Shown here: piece by piece, positions 11,233-19,421 of the stretch
Position numbering within the stretch: position 1 is the stretch's first letter
Layout: the number at the start of each line of letters is the position of its first letter
IMG/VR virus record: IMGVR_UViG_3300038393_000245
Location: 76,289-140,288 of that record
Direction: 5' to 3' (one strand)
Length of the DNA: 64,000 nucleotides
From: a virus
Lineage: Duplodnaviria; Heunggongvirae; Uroviricota; Caudoviricetes
Made by a program: the position numbers and the translations under genes
Notes under the pieces: generated by a model
Database searches by the model: none
The model's input: the letters and a program-made list of their open reading frames with translations, nothing else
What the model was told of the DNA's origin: nothing

Positions 11233-11661
11233 TTGGCACCTATGTTAGTCTACAGGGTTGAGAGGTATATAGATTCATCTGGTCCATATGGGATTTGCAG
11301 CATAAATGATTCTTCTCGAGAAAGGCATCCACTTCCAGATGAAGATTCCATTCTTCGAGAAAAATGGATGGCAATTCCAAGAGGTACCTACCACAATTAT
11401 TTCTTTTGTTTCATTACCAAAAACCAACTAATGAATTGGTTTGGAGCATCCGAGCAAAACGATATTATCCGGCATAATAAAGGGAAACCTCACGATGTTT
11501 GGATCGGAGTATCTACGTACTCCTGTAATGATGAGGATGTTTTAGTGGGTTCCTCTCAGTGCGTATTTTTGATGCACAAGTGCCAAAAGATTCGATTTGA
11601 GACTTTTGAGGAAGATCTTAAGCCAGTAACATTAAGTGTACAAATGCCAGCACATTTGTAA
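11233..11661 (+). CDS. hypothetical early protein (142 aa)
   Basis: First ORF downstream of the consensus early promoter at 11183-11211. Confidence 0.5.
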   Translation: MAPMLVYRVERYIDSSGPYGICSINDSSRERHPLPDEDSILREKWMAIPRGTYHNYFFCFITKNQLMNWFGASEQNDIIRHNKGKPHDVWIGVSTYSCNDEDVLVGSSQCVFLMHKCQKIRFETFEEDLKPVTLSVQMPAHL

Positions 11662-11669
11662 AAAAGCCT

Positions 11670-11698
11670 TTGACATTTTTCTAGCACTATATTATAAA
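11670..11698 (+). promoter_or_regulatory. early promoter (duplicate of 11183) with AAAAAGCC upstream
   Basis: aaaaagccTTTGACAtttttctagcactatattataaa. Confidence 0.6.
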
Positions 11699-11734
11699 GA
11701 ATATTAAATATCCCTCTATTAAGGCCCTCTTTAC

Positions 11735-11974
11735 ATGGTAGAAAAACTTAGTGTCGAAGATAGGATCATGCTTGTCCTCGAGAATATTGTTCTTCAAGGA
11801 TATGATATTTTGAATGACACTACTTTTGAGGATATGGGATTAGATTCTCTAGACAAAGTTGAAGCATGTATGGATATTGAGGATGAGTTCAATATCGATA
11901 TTCCAGACGAAGTAATGGAGTATCTTGATACTTTTGGGGAACTCGTCGAATATATTAATCGTCGCCTAAAATAA
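11735..11974 (+). CDS. acyl carrier protein (phosphopantetheine-attachment site)
   Basis: 79 aa, acidic. FEDMGLDSLDKVEACMDIEDEFNIDIPDE matches the ACP DSL Ser-attachment motif followed by helix II. Has its own promoter at 11670-11698. Confidence 0.8.
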   Translation: MVEKLSVEDRIMLVLENIVLQGYDILNDTTFEDMGLDSLDKVEACMDIEDEFNIDIPDEVMEYLDTFGELVEYINRRLK

Positions 11975-11977
11975 CGA

Positions 11978-12439
11978 ATGTCTGATATTCAATACATCGA
12001 AGGAGATCTCTTATCGTCTCGAGAACCCGTCATCGCACATGGTTGCAATGCTCAAGGAGTCATGGGTTCAGGAATCGCGAAAGCCATTCGAGACGAATAT
12101 CCCACCGTATACAAGGATTATAGGGATGTATACGAGGAGCAAGGGAATAAACTTCACTTAGGACAAGTTATAACAACGAGAACTCTCGAACGTACTATCC
12201 TGAATATCATCTCCCAGGAGTACTACGGGAGAAACCCGAACGTAGTCTACGTATCATATGATGCAATTGAGAAGGCCATTCTTCGCATCAATAAGATGGG
12301 CTACGTTCGGGTTGCCTTTCCAAAGATTGGAGCAGGACTTGCAAACGGAAACTGGGAACTCATATCCCACATTATCCAGACGACATCGGACTTTACTCCG
12401 GTCGTATATTACATTAAAGAACCGACAGAAAAATGGTAA
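11978..12439 (+). CDS. macro domain protein (ADP-ribose binding/hydrolase, TARG1/DarG-like)
   Basis: VIAHGCNAQGVMGSGIAKAI matches the Gly-rich ADP-ribose-binding loop of OARD1/TARG1-type macro domains. ~150 aa, the single-domain size. Confidence 0.75.
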   Translation: MSDIQYIEGDLLSSREPVIAHGCNAQGVMGSGIAKAIRDEYPTVYKDYRDVYEEQGNKLHLGQVITTRTLERTILNIISQEYYGRNPNVVYVSYDAIEKAILRINKMGYVRVAFPKIGAGLANGNWELISHIIQTTSDFTPVVYYIKEPTEKW

Positions 12440-12440
12440 G

Positions 12441-12707
12441 ATGGCTAAAAACATTGATCTGATCAAGATTTTTGGTGTCGAGGGAATGGTTACTCCTAAG
12501 ACGCTGGTGACTGAAACTGTTAGAGAAGTAAATCGTAAGACTCCAATGGAGGCTACAGAGGATATTAAATCTCTTTTAGATGAAATGACGGTTCGTGCCG
12601 TGTCTGGAGATTTATCCGGAGTCGAAGAGTGTCTTCACGCCATTCAACTTCGAGTTACTCTAATGAAGAATATTGCGGATGCTCTTCGAAAGGGAGAGAT
12701 TAAGTAA
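12441..12707 (+). CDS. hypothetical protein (88 aa)
   Basis: ATG at 12441 directly after the macro-gene stop. The listed 12258 start overlaps the macro gene in another frame and is unlikely. Confidence 0.5.
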   Translation: MAKNIDLIKIFGVEGMVTPKTLVTETVREVNRKTPMEATEDIKSLLDEMTVRAVSGDLSGVEECLHAIQLRVTLMKNIADALRKGEIK

Positions 12708-12709
12708 TA

Positions 12710-13150
12710 ATGTCAGACGTTAGAGGTTTCTTTGGAGATTACAGGTTCCTGTCGAACTTTTATAAGGCTCGACAAGTTGTCAACGGAATAGAATACATCT
12801 CTAATGAGCACTTCTTCCAGGCTTCTAAATCCACGAACCAACAAGATCACGATTGGGTCAATTCTTCCGAGACACCTGGTATTGCGAAGCATCGTGGGAA
12901 GAGAATTCCGAGACGAGAAGATTGGAATAAAATTCGTCTCGACATTATGAGACTTGGTTTATTGGCTAAGTTCTCTCAAAATCTCTATTTGAAGGATCTC
13001 TTACTAGGAACCGGAAGTTCTTACCTTGAAGAACTTAACGATTGGGGAGATACTTTCTGGGGGACGTGTAGCGGAAAAGGAGATAATCACTTAGGCTTGA
13101 TTCTAATGGACCTCCGAGATAAATTCAGGATTGAAGAGTTGTATGGTTGA
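12710..13150 (+). CDS. NADAR-domain protein (DUF1768/YbiA-like ADP-ribosyl hydrolase family)
   Basis: FLSNFY..NEHFFQASK..DW..I..MR..L.AKFSQN..L...LL.TG...L.E....D..WG....G.N.LG.ILM..R matches the Pfam NADAR consensus along its whole length. Confidence 0.85.
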   Translation: MSDVRGFFGDYRFLSNFYKARQVVNGIEYISNEHFFQASKSTNQQDHDWVNSSETPGIAKHRGKRIPRREDWNKIRLDIMRLGLLAKFSQNLYLKDLLLGTGSSYLEELNDWGDTFWGTCSGKGDNHLGLILMDLRDKFRIEELYG

Positions 13151-13364
13151 GATCATTAAACGAGGAGAGATCCCGGAAAACAAATGGTATCACGCCACGT
13201 GCAACAATTGTGAGACCCAATTTAAGTTTCAAAAGTCCGAAGTCACTCCTAGGAATAGACATCAAGCACAGAGTATAGAGTGTCCGTTCTGTGAGAAGAC
13301 AGTTTTTATGTCGTCTCTTAAACCGTATCCACCTAATGGAGGTCTCCATTGGTACGATCGATAA
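13143..13364 (+). CDS. small zinc-ribbon protein
   Basis: CNNCE..x21..CPFCEK two-CxxC arrangement. ATG overlaps the upstream stop (ATGGTTGA). Confidence 0.45.
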   Translation: MVEIIKRGEIPENKWYHATCNNCETQFKFQKSEVTPRNRHQAQSIECPFCEKTVFMSSLKPYPPNGGLHWYDR

Positions 13365-13497
13365 TACAAGGAATCTGTATTCGAAAGTGTTCCGGACCAA
13401 ATGTCCCATGTACTCCATACTGTGTTATCTGGAAGGATCCAGAGATTCGTCACTTGAGTAAGTATCCTCTTGGGGAAGAGATTAGGAAAGGAAGATC

Positions 13498-13824
13498 ATG
13501 AATCGTAAGGATTTCAAGGATAAGTGGATCGCTGCTCTCCGTTCTGCAGAATACTCCAAAACAGAGGATGTGTATTTTGATTCCGATACTAATTGCTATT
13601 GCACTCTGGGAGTAGCTTATAAACTTCTTCAGGACGATAATGAATTTGAAGATTATATGGATATTCTAAATTCAAAATTATTATTCGAAATATTTCCAGA
13701 GTTGAATGTTGGACATCCATCTAGGTTGTGGTCGGAGATCACGGACAGAAGCGACGGAGTGGGATTCGAGAAACACTCATTCGAACAGATGGCAGACTAT
13801 CTTGAGGAGAACTTAATTGTCTGA
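13498..13824 (+). CDS. hypothetical protein, tandem paralog A
   Basis: KDKWIAALRSAEYSKT..CYCTLGVAYKLL..FEQMADYLEENL aligns with the next ORF. Confidence 0.6.
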   Translation: MNRKDFKDKWIAALRSAEYSKTEDVYFDSDTNCYCTLGVAYKLLQDDNEFEDYMDILNSKLLFEIFPELNVGHPSRLWSEITDRSDGVGFEKHSFEQMADYLEENLIV

Positions 13825-14173
13825 TATCAAGACTAAATGGATCGAGGCTCTTCGTTCTGGAAGATATGCTCAGACAAAAGGTTATCTTCGAACTATCGAC
13901 CAAGAAGGAAATAGTTGCTACTGTGCCGCCGGAGTTCTGGCCGATATCATCGATCCCGGAGCATGGGAAGAAGCGTCTCCATGCTCCGATCTCAGATCGA
14001 CTACGAAGTATAGATGGAATGGACACATGTTCGGGTTGCAAAAAGAGGAATATGAACCGTTTGAAATTCCATTCTCTATTCTTGATGGAGCGATGAGAAG
14101 AAACGACGATAAATTCGAAAGCTTTTCAGACATAGCCGATTATCTCGAAGAGGCTCTAGGAGAAGTTCAGTGA
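13817..14173 (+). CDS. hypothetical protein, tandem paralog B
   Basis: KTKWIEALRSGRYAQT..CYCAAGVLADII..FSDIADYLEEAL. Same architecture as paralog A. Confidence 0.6.
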   Translation: MSDIKTKWIEALRSGRYAQTKGYLRTIDQEGNSCYCAAGVLADIIDPGAWEEASPCSDLRSTTKYRWNGHMFGLQKEEYEPFEIPFSILDGAMRRNDDKFESFSDIADYLEEALGEVQ

Positions 14174-14361
14174 TGTGGGATATTACTAAGTCCACTCTTC
14201 GAGGAGCAGTCGTCATATTGAGTATCGTCCTTGCCGGATGGATCATGTCTCAATTCCCTTCTGTGGCTCTAATGTTCGCGTATACACTCATGGCAGTGCT
14301 CTTTCTAGCCTTCTCATTCATTCTAGGTCTCCTCATCTCTCCCAATGATCCAGACCTCTAA
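14170..14361 (+). CDS. small membrane protein (2 TM)
   Basis: Hydrophobic 63 aa. Start overlaps the upstream stop. Confidence 0.5.
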   Translation: MMWDITKSTLRGAVVILSIVLAGWIMSQFPSVALMFAYTLMAVLFLAFSFILGLLISPNDPDL

Positions 14362-14408
14362 TGTAGAACTCGGGCAACTTTTCTAGGGCCCACTTTTTTA
14401 CGGAAACG

Positions 14409-14606
14409 ATGATGACACTAGCATATATTCTCGCCTATCTAGTGATAGGAGGAATCATAACTCTAGCCGTTACTATTATAGCGGGAGATTCAGGAGACGA
14501 TCTCGCCTTCATCTCGTTCTTTCTCTGGCCCCTCTTCGTACTCATCGTCATTCCATTTTGGATCGTCGAAATGGGACTCATGATTCGAAAGAGGATTAAT
14601 AAGTGA
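14409..14606 (+). CDS. small membrane protein (2 TM)
   Basis: Hydrophobic 65 aa. Confidence 0.5.
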   Translation: MMTLAYILAYLVIGGIITLAVTIIAGDSGDDLAFISFFLWPLFVLIVIPFWIVEMGLMIRKRINK

Positions 14607-14791
14607 TCGTCTGGCTACTCGTTATGTGCTCTTACGTGAGCGGAAGCATTCAGTGTAGGTCGGAAGAGCTTCCTTCTAAAGAGGCTTGTATTAAAGTCGG
14701 AAACACGTATTCCGAGCTTGGAAGCAAGTTCTTCGACCACTGGAATCCTATTCGGGCTAAGTGCGTCTCTATGAGGAAGAACGTGCAGTGA
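14603..14791 (+). CDS. hypothetical small protein with N-terminal hydrophobic segment
   Basis: ATGA overlap with the upstream ORF. Confidence 0.4.
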   Translation: MIVWLLVMCSYVSGSIQCRSEELPSKEACIKVGNTYSELGSKFFDHWNPIRAKCVSMRKNVQ

Positions 14792-14970
14792 ACACGATAG
14801 AAGAGATCAGAAAGTACCGAGAAGAGAACGAGTGCTCTCTCCAGAGAGCTCAAGAGATCGTGAATAAGAACTCTGTCATTGAGAGGATTAACTCTCTAGA
14901 CGAGAGTGAGGAATTGAAGTCCGTCTTGCTAGCAATCGTAAACAGAACCTTTCACGTGAGTAACTACTAA
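14788..14970 (+). CDS. hypothetical small protein
   Basis: GTG in GTGA overlap with the upstream stop, with GAGGAAG SD 8 nt upstream. The listed 14761 start overlaps 30 nt. Confidence 0.35.
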   Translation: MNTIEEIRKYREENECSLQRAQEIVNKNSVIERINSLDESEELKSVLLAIVNRTFHVSNY

Positions 14971-15203
14971 TGAAGACTATATGGCACGTATCCTCTGAGG
15001 ATGAGGGAGAGATCGAGGGAATATTCGACGAGAACGGAGAACTCCTCGGAATGTGGTGTTGTAATGACGCTCACTGGAGAAACGAGTACTTCTCTCCATT
15101 CATGAAAGGGCTCGGAATCGAGGTGAAGACTAATTGGAGAGATCCGATCTATCAAGAGATGAAACAGAAGCTAGAAGAACACGCTAGGAGTATGTGGGGA
15201 TGA
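14970..15203 (+). CDS. hypothetical protein (77 aa)
   Basis: Operon-style ATGA overlap. Confidence 0.5.
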   Translation: MKTIWHVSSEDEGEIEGIFDENGELLGMWCCNDAHWRNEYFSPFMKGLGIEVKTNWRDPIYQEMKQKLEEHARSMWG

Positions 15204-15379
15204 GTAAGATTCTAAAGACTATCCGAGACGGAGATCAGGTCGTCATGACTGTCCAGCTAGACTCCGGAACTCGAGAGAAGTGGACCTACGAGATGGAGAT
15301 TAACGGAGACGGCACTCGCTCGTATCTTCAGGTTAACAGAGAGGACGTAAGTAATGGCCGAGTGCACCGTAATCAGTGA
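15194..15379 (+). CDS. hypothetical protein (61 aa)
   Basis: Overlapping start/stop chain. Confidence 0.4.
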   Translation: MGMSKILKTIRDGDQVVMTVQLDSGTREKWTYEMEINGDGTRSYLQVNREDVSNGRVHRNQ

Positions 15380-15614
15380 TAGCGTCAGGGTCGTTCTAGA
15401 GCTCAGTGTTAATGAGGCCGCCGTTCTTCACAACATCCTACATCATGTCGTAGGGAGCACTCTAGGACCTCGACAATACGCTCTATCCGTCTGGGATGCT
15501 CTAGAAAAAGCCTCTCTATCCGAGCCCTCGATACTCGTGAAGTCCGACCGAACCGCGGCTTTCTGCGAGACTCCTTCATTATCGATCTCCTACAGGTCGG
15601 GGTCGATCGGCTAA
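15354..15614 (+). CDS. hypothetical protein (86 aa)
   Basis: Start of the GC-elevated region. Confidence 0.4.
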   Translation: MAECTVISDSVRVVLELSVNEAAVLHNILHHVVGSTLGPRQYALSVWDALEKASLSEPSILVKSDRTAAFCETPSLSISYRSGSIG

Positions 15615-15629
15615 TCCCTAGAGAAAACA

Positions 15630-16043
15630 ATGATCGATCTCATCGAAAGACCGTCTATTACTACCGGTGGCGATCTCCCTCCGATCCTTCAGCATCCCCG
15701 ACCTCGCCGAGATGACGAACCGATTATCATTCCAGACGTCTGTTTCATTCAAGATCAACACAAGATCTACGATCACGAGAACAACGACATCACGATCGTC
15801 TACTTTCACATGCACCGAGTATGGGGATTCTACGACCGATGTCAGTACGCTCACTCTCAATCTCGCCGATATCGATCTTGGCTTGAGACGGACAGAGAGT
15901 ATATGAAGTCTGGGATCCCGCCGCACATTCAGTGGGGAGGGTGCATCAAGACTCTTAGAGAGCTCGGACTCCCTCCCCTCGCGCCGGGACAACTCGACTT
16001 TCACGAGCAGTGGAAGATTCGAACTAGAAAGAAGTTCTTCTAG
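15630..16043 (+). CDS. hypothetical protein (137 aa)
   Basis: Long ORF with no recognisable family. Confidence 0.5.
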   Translation: MIDLIERPSITTGGDLPPILQHPRPRRDDEPIIIPDVCFIQDQHKIYDHENNDITIVYFHMHRVWGFYDRCQYAHSQSRRYRSWLETDREYMKSGIPPHIQWGGCIKTLRELGLPPLAPGQLDFHEQWKIRTRKKFF

Positions 16044-16045
16044 AC

Positions 16046-16213
16046 ATGCTCACTCATCTAACATATTATCTCCTCGGAGAACCTGAGAAGCTCTATCATA
16101 AGGGCGGACTTCTCTATGAGCTACAACAGCGCTCTTATAAGGAACTTCAGAGAAGAAACCAAGAGCTCGACGCCTGGAGAAAGAGGTTTCGTCGGTGGCC
16201 GTACTGAGGAGTT
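16046..16213 (+). CDS. hypothetical small protein (55 aa, not in ORF track)
   Basis: ATG 3 nt after the upstream stop. The alternative frame 16116..16370 gives an Arg/Ser-rich low-complexity product. Confidence 0.3.
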
Positions 16214-16245
16214 CTGCCGCTCCGAAAAATTTTGGAAGTGTTCCT

Positions 16246-16455
16246 ATGGCAAAGACCGATATGAAAGTAGTAGAGAAAAACTGGGAGTCAGACGGATACT
16301 TCTATACGATCTTCAAAGAAGGAATCCTATACTCGGTAGCTCCTCATGTAGGACAGCCAGAAGAAGCTAGAACGATAGAGAGTATTAAGAAGGCTCATCG
16401 ATCGTTTCTAGACATCAAGGTCAGAAATCTCAGAGTTGCTCCGGAAAAATTCTGA
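16246..16455 (+). CDS. hypothetical protein (70 aa)
   Basis: ATG at 16246 with GGAAG 9 nt upstream. The listed ORF uses an upstream non-ATG start. Confidence 0.45.
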   Translation: MAKTDMKVVEKNWESDGYFYTIFKEGILYSVAPHVGQPEEARTIESIKKAHRSFLDIKVRNLRVAPEKF

Positions 16456-16537
16456 AGAACGAGGGAACGCTTCAATGGACCCTTATGGATACCAACGATC
16501 GAAGGTTCGATATGGGACCCATTGTGGCACATGGCAA

Positions 16538-16563
16538 GGGCGACCATGCGATCGCCCTTGCTT
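16538..16563. terminator. bidirectional hairpin terminator between convergent blocks
   Basis: CAAGGGCGA-ccatgcga-TCGCCCTTG, perfect 9-bp stem, lying between the plus-strand operon end (16455) and the minus-strand gene end (16592). Confidence 0.55.
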
Positions 16564-16591
16564 CCGTGCGTTCGAGTGTGCGTAGAGATCG

Positions 16592-16942
16592 TTAGTCCTC
16601 GTCGGCGTCCTCCGCGACGGGAGCGAACTCGGCGCCATTCTCGGCGAGCGAGATGTAGCCGTGACCCGAGTCGTGGCGAATGTCGTCCATGCGCAGGCCC
16701 TCGTCGAGGCAATCCTGAACACTCACGCCGCCCTCGATCGTCCAGTCGATCGCGAAATACCCCTTAAAACGGTCGTACGACATCGACGGCTTTTTCTTGG
16801 GATTCTTCGTGACGTTAAGGCGTACGAGGGTGGTCGCCTTCCACTGGTCGCGCTTGGACAATGAGGCGAGGGTGTCGTTCGTGGCGACTTGGGTCATTGC
16901 AAGGTCCTTTCCATTGCCGTTTTGATGGGACCATTCTACCAC
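16592..16942 (-). CDS. hypothetical protein (116 aa), GC-rich
   Basis: Promoter TTTACA-N17-TAGAAT at 16934-16961 directly upstream. Confidence 0.5.
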   Translation of the reverse strand: MVEWSHQNGNGKDLAMTQVATNDTLASLSKRDQWKATTLVRLNVTKNPKKKPSMSYDRFKGYFAIDWTIEGGVSVQDCLDEGLRMDDIRHDSGHGYISLAENGAEFAPVAEDADED

Positions 16943-16961
16943 GAATCAATGGTATTGTAAA
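16934..16961 (-). promoter_or_regulatory. early promoter AAAAGCCC-TTTACA-N17-TAGAAT
   Basis: Reverse complement aaaagcccTTTACAataccattgattcgtggTAGAAT. Confidence 0.55.
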
Positions 16962-17041
16962 GGGCTTTTTTTTCGTTCGTGTTGAATTTTGTGGTTGACA
17001 TTTCCGATTAATCGAATTCGAATCGGATGGATGATACAGTG

Positions 17042-17302
17042 TTACTCGTCCTCGTCGCGACGAGGATCCACCAGACTCATCGACTCGATCACGTAACGAT
17101 CCCCGGTGACCGACTCGCATATGATAGTGCAGTCGCTGTCCATCAGTCGATAGACCGAGCCCGAGTCGAGAGCGTCGAATGAGCGCTCAAGAGCGTTAAC
17201 CGTGGAGAGCATGCTCTCCAGAACGTGCGACAGATGGAGCGAGCAGACGAGCGAGCTAGCGCTGCCGTTAGCGTGCCGGATGTATCCGATGTAGGCTCTC
17301 AT
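17042..17302 (-). CDS. hypothetical protein (86 aa)
   Basis: ATG at 17302 in ATGA overlap with the upstream membrane ORF. Confidence 0.45.
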   Translation of the reverse strand: MRAYIGYIRHANGSASSLVCSLHLSHVLESMLSTVNALERSFDALDSGSVYRLMDSDCTIICESVTGDRYVIESMSLVDPRRDEDE

Positions 17303-17490
17303 CGCGCGATCCACAGGACTACGATGAGCACGATAGCGAAGATCGTGAGACCGTCGAGCAGCCCACCGATCCACACTCTGTGCAGCACCATATAAGGCGC
17401 CATCGGCGTGCTCCAGAGGTCGCGCGCCAGAAGGAACGAGGCGACGATACAGAGCGCCGCAATCAATGCAAGGACAATCAATGCCATCAC
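17299..17490 (-). CDS. small membrane protein (2 TM)
   Basis: Hydrophobic 63 aa. Confidence 0.5.
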   Translation of the reverse strand: MMALIVLALIAALCIVASFLLARDLWSTPMAPYMVLHRVWIGGLLDGLTIFAIVLIVVLWIAR

Positions 17491-17669
17491 TTCACCTCCA
17501 CGTCTTGGACTAGTCGATACAACCGGTCTCGATAGAAGAAGAGACCGGTATCAGGCTCGATCGCGTACTGCAGCTGCTCCAGGAAGTCGTCGCCCCACTC
17601 GATCATGATGAACCGAACGGAGACCGGGATGGGGTCTGGCTGCCTGTATACGTGAATCGGAATAAACAT
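17487..17669 (-). CDS. hypothetical protein (60 aa)
   Basis: GGAGGT SD. Promoter at 17697-17725. Confidence 0.45.
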   Translation of the reverse strand: MFIPIHVYRQPDPIPVSVRFIMIEWGDDFLEQLQYAIEPDTGLFFYRDRLYRLVQDVEVK

Positions 17670-17696
17670 GGAACTATTACCTCCGAATATAGTAGT

Positions 17697-17725
17697 ATTC
17701 TATATCGCAGGACTGGAAATGTCAA
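17697..17725 (-). promoter_or_regulatory. early promoter TTGACA-N15-TATAGAAT
   Basis: Reverse complement TTGACAtttccagtcctgcgaTATAGAAT. Confidence 0.6.
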
Positions 17726-17905
17726 TAGCAAAGTTATCGAGTCGAACAGAAGTACTCAGGGTCGGAGTCGTCCGATGCGCGAGAGAATCATCGAGTGATG
17801 AGAAACAACGAACGACTCAGCGGTCGCAAGGTTGAGTACAATAGGGCGCGATAGGGCGCTGAAGCGTGCAATAGGGCGCTCGCGTACGTTTTCAGAACAG
17901 GGATT

Positions 17906-18112
17906 TTATTCCATGTCATCTAGCAACGCTCTCTTCGCTTCTTTCAACGTCTTATAGAATGCGCGGCCCGGAGTCGAGCTAGGAGACATCACGCCAGGAA
18001 CTGATACGATGCATCCACCGTGAGCTCTATATCGCTTTATAGTACCAACGACTCTTCCGTCTTTGAGTACTACGACCGTCTCGTTCTTTATCGGAGTGAA
18101 GTCGTATCCCAT
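17906..18112 (-). CDS. hypothetical protein (68 aa)
   Basis: Promoter at 18119-18147 whose -10 ends 6 nt before the ATG, a possible leaderless mRNA. Confidence 0.5.
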   Translation of the reverse strand: MGYDFTPIKNETVVVLKDGRVVGTIKRYRAHGGCIVSVPGVMSPSSTPGRAFYKTLKEAKRALLDDME

Positions 18113-18165
18113 GGTCGTAGTCTATCACAGTCAGATAGAAATGTCAAGGAGCGATATCATGATAC

Positions 18166-18324
18166 TATGATCCTCTTACCGAGGCGAGAAGCTCGTAGTA
18201 GTCGAATCTTATCTCTACGAGATCGTGGCCGATTTCTACTGGAGTTTTTGTATTGACGATTTCTATCTGTTCGAGGATTTCTCCGCCTTCTGTCGTTACG
18301 ATGAGGATGACGGAGGCCATCAGC
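18166..18324 (-). CDS. hypothetical small protein (52 aa, not in track)
   Basis: ATGA overlap with the stop of 18320..18616. Confidence 0.3.
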
Positions 18325-18616
18325 TTTCTCCTATGACGTAGCTGACCTTCAGGGCGTTCTTCTGCCAGGTGTTCAGAGACGACAGGACGTCGATGTCGAA
18401 CTTATCGAGCCTGCACTCGAAGTGATCTCGAGCGGCGTACTGGTCGGAGCTCGACATGCCGTTGAGTCGAGAGACCATCTCCTCGAGGCCGGCGAAGTCG
18501 TTCTCTCGATAGATCTCCTCGCTCTGGAGTAGCGTGACGTCGTCGGTATAGACGCCACCCTCACAGAGCTCGTCCTCGCCACGCTCGTTGATGAACACCA
18601 GGAATCGATAGCTCAT
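18320..18616 (-). CDS. hypothetical acidic protein (98 aa)
   Basis: ORF track. GC-rich codons. Confidence 0.5.
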   Translation of the reverse strand: MSYRFLVFINERGEDELCEGGVYTDDVTLLQSEEIYRENDFAGLEEMVSRLNGMSSSDQYAARDHFECRLDKFDIDVLSSLNTWQKNALKVSYVIGES

Positions 18617-18629
18617 TGACGAACTCCCT

Positions 18630-18860
18630 TCAGATCGATGCCACGGCGAACGCGTCTTTCTCGACGTGCTCGTATAGCGATGACAGCCTGGCGGCCTCTG
18701 CCTCGGCGTCTCTTTCTTTTCGAAACGCCGACTGGACGGAGCCTACGACTTCGACGCTTACGTCCTTATCGATGTAGACGACGTGATTGAAGCCCATGAG
18801 GAGCAGGTCGCGTCTCTCGTTCTGGTCGAGGCGAATGCGGTCGTTTGAGAGTGGCATCAC
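18630..18860 (-). CDS. hypothetical protein (76 aa)
   Basis: ORF track. Confidence 0.5.
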   Translation of the reverse strand: MMPLSNDRIRLDQNERRDLLLMGFNHVVYIDKDVSVEVVGSVQSAFRKERDAEAEAARLSSLYEHVEKDAFAVASI

Positions 18861-19039
18861 GGGTACTTTCTGTACGCTCGGGGCTGTTCGAGCTCGGTGT
18901 TCAGAGGGACGGAGATGATTCCGTGCTCTCCACAGTCGAGACTCATCCTCGGGCCTCGATTGAAGACGAGGTGTATGTGTCTACGAACATACTTCTCGAC
19001 TCTTCGAACCCTGCGACGATGGGCCGTTCTCCACCTCAT
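18857..19039 (-). CDS. hypothetical basic protein (60 aa)
   Basis: ATGA overlap with the upstream 44-aa ORF. Confidence 0.35.
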   Translation of the reverse strand: MRWRTAHRRRVRRVEKYVRRHIHLVFNRGPRMSLDCGEHGIISVPLNTELEQPRAYRKYP

Positions 19040-19170
19040 CGAGACTTCCTGTCACGGCGAATCATTCGACGAACATCGGATCTCGTCTCGCATCCGTCGG
19101 CGAAGGCGGGACGGCACTTGGTGACAGTGCGAGTCTCGAGAGCTTCCGCGATGAGTTCGGCATCGGTCAT
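19036..19170 (-). CDS. hypothetical small protein (44 aa, not in track)
   Basis: First ATG after the promoter at 19199-19227. SD AGAGGAAAGGG. Confidence 0.3.
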   Translation of the reverse strand: MTDAELIAEALETRTVTKCRPAFADGCETRSDVRRMIRRDRKSR

Positions 19171-19198
19171 TTGAAGTCCCTTTCCTCTTGATATCCCC

Positions 19199-19227
19199 TA
19201 TTCTATACATCAGAAGAAAAACGTCAA
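19199..19227 (-). promoter_or_regulatory. early promoter TTGACG-N-TATAGAAT
   Basis: Reverse complement ccaTTGACGtttttcttctgatgtaTAGAATA. Confidence 0.55.
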
Positions 19228-19230
19228 TGG

Positions 19231-19389
19231 CTATTTTTTCGACAGCTCTCGCTTCTCGGCTGCTCTCAGCTCGTACACGTACTGACGATTCTGCAGATCG
19301 ATGAGTTGCACCTCCTCGACTTCGCCTCGATGTAGCATCCTGATGAGGAGAGCGAGGTTATGCATCGAATAGTCGACAGGGCTCTTCAT
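19231..19389 (-). CDS. hypothetical small protein (52 aa, not in track)
   Basis: ORF between 19422..19718 and the promoter at 19199-19227. Confidence 0.25.
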   Translation of the reverse strand: MKSPVDYSMHNLALLIRMLHRGEVEEVQLIDLQNRQYVYELRAAEKRELSKK

Positions 19390-19421
19390 GAGCCCGCGTT
19401 TATTCTGATCGATACCGCCTT

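Noticed and set aside
12258-12440. Upstream extension of ORF 12258..12707
   Set aside because: It overlaps the macro-domain gene in another frame. An ATG at 12441 directly after that gene's stop gives a compact, operon-consistent start.
16395-16767. Arg/Pro-rich ORFs (for example 16395..16712, 16522..16767, 17408..17608, 26752..27490 frames) in GC-rich segments
   Set aside because: Low-complexity Arg/Pro/Ser translations are typical of out-of-frame reading of high-GC DNA. They overlap better candidate genes on the other strand or frame.
16997-17030. Plus-strand gttgacatttccgatt at 16997 as a promoter
   Set aside because: No convincing -10 and no plus-strand gene downstream. The adjacent minus-strand TTTACA-N17-TAGAAT explains the region.
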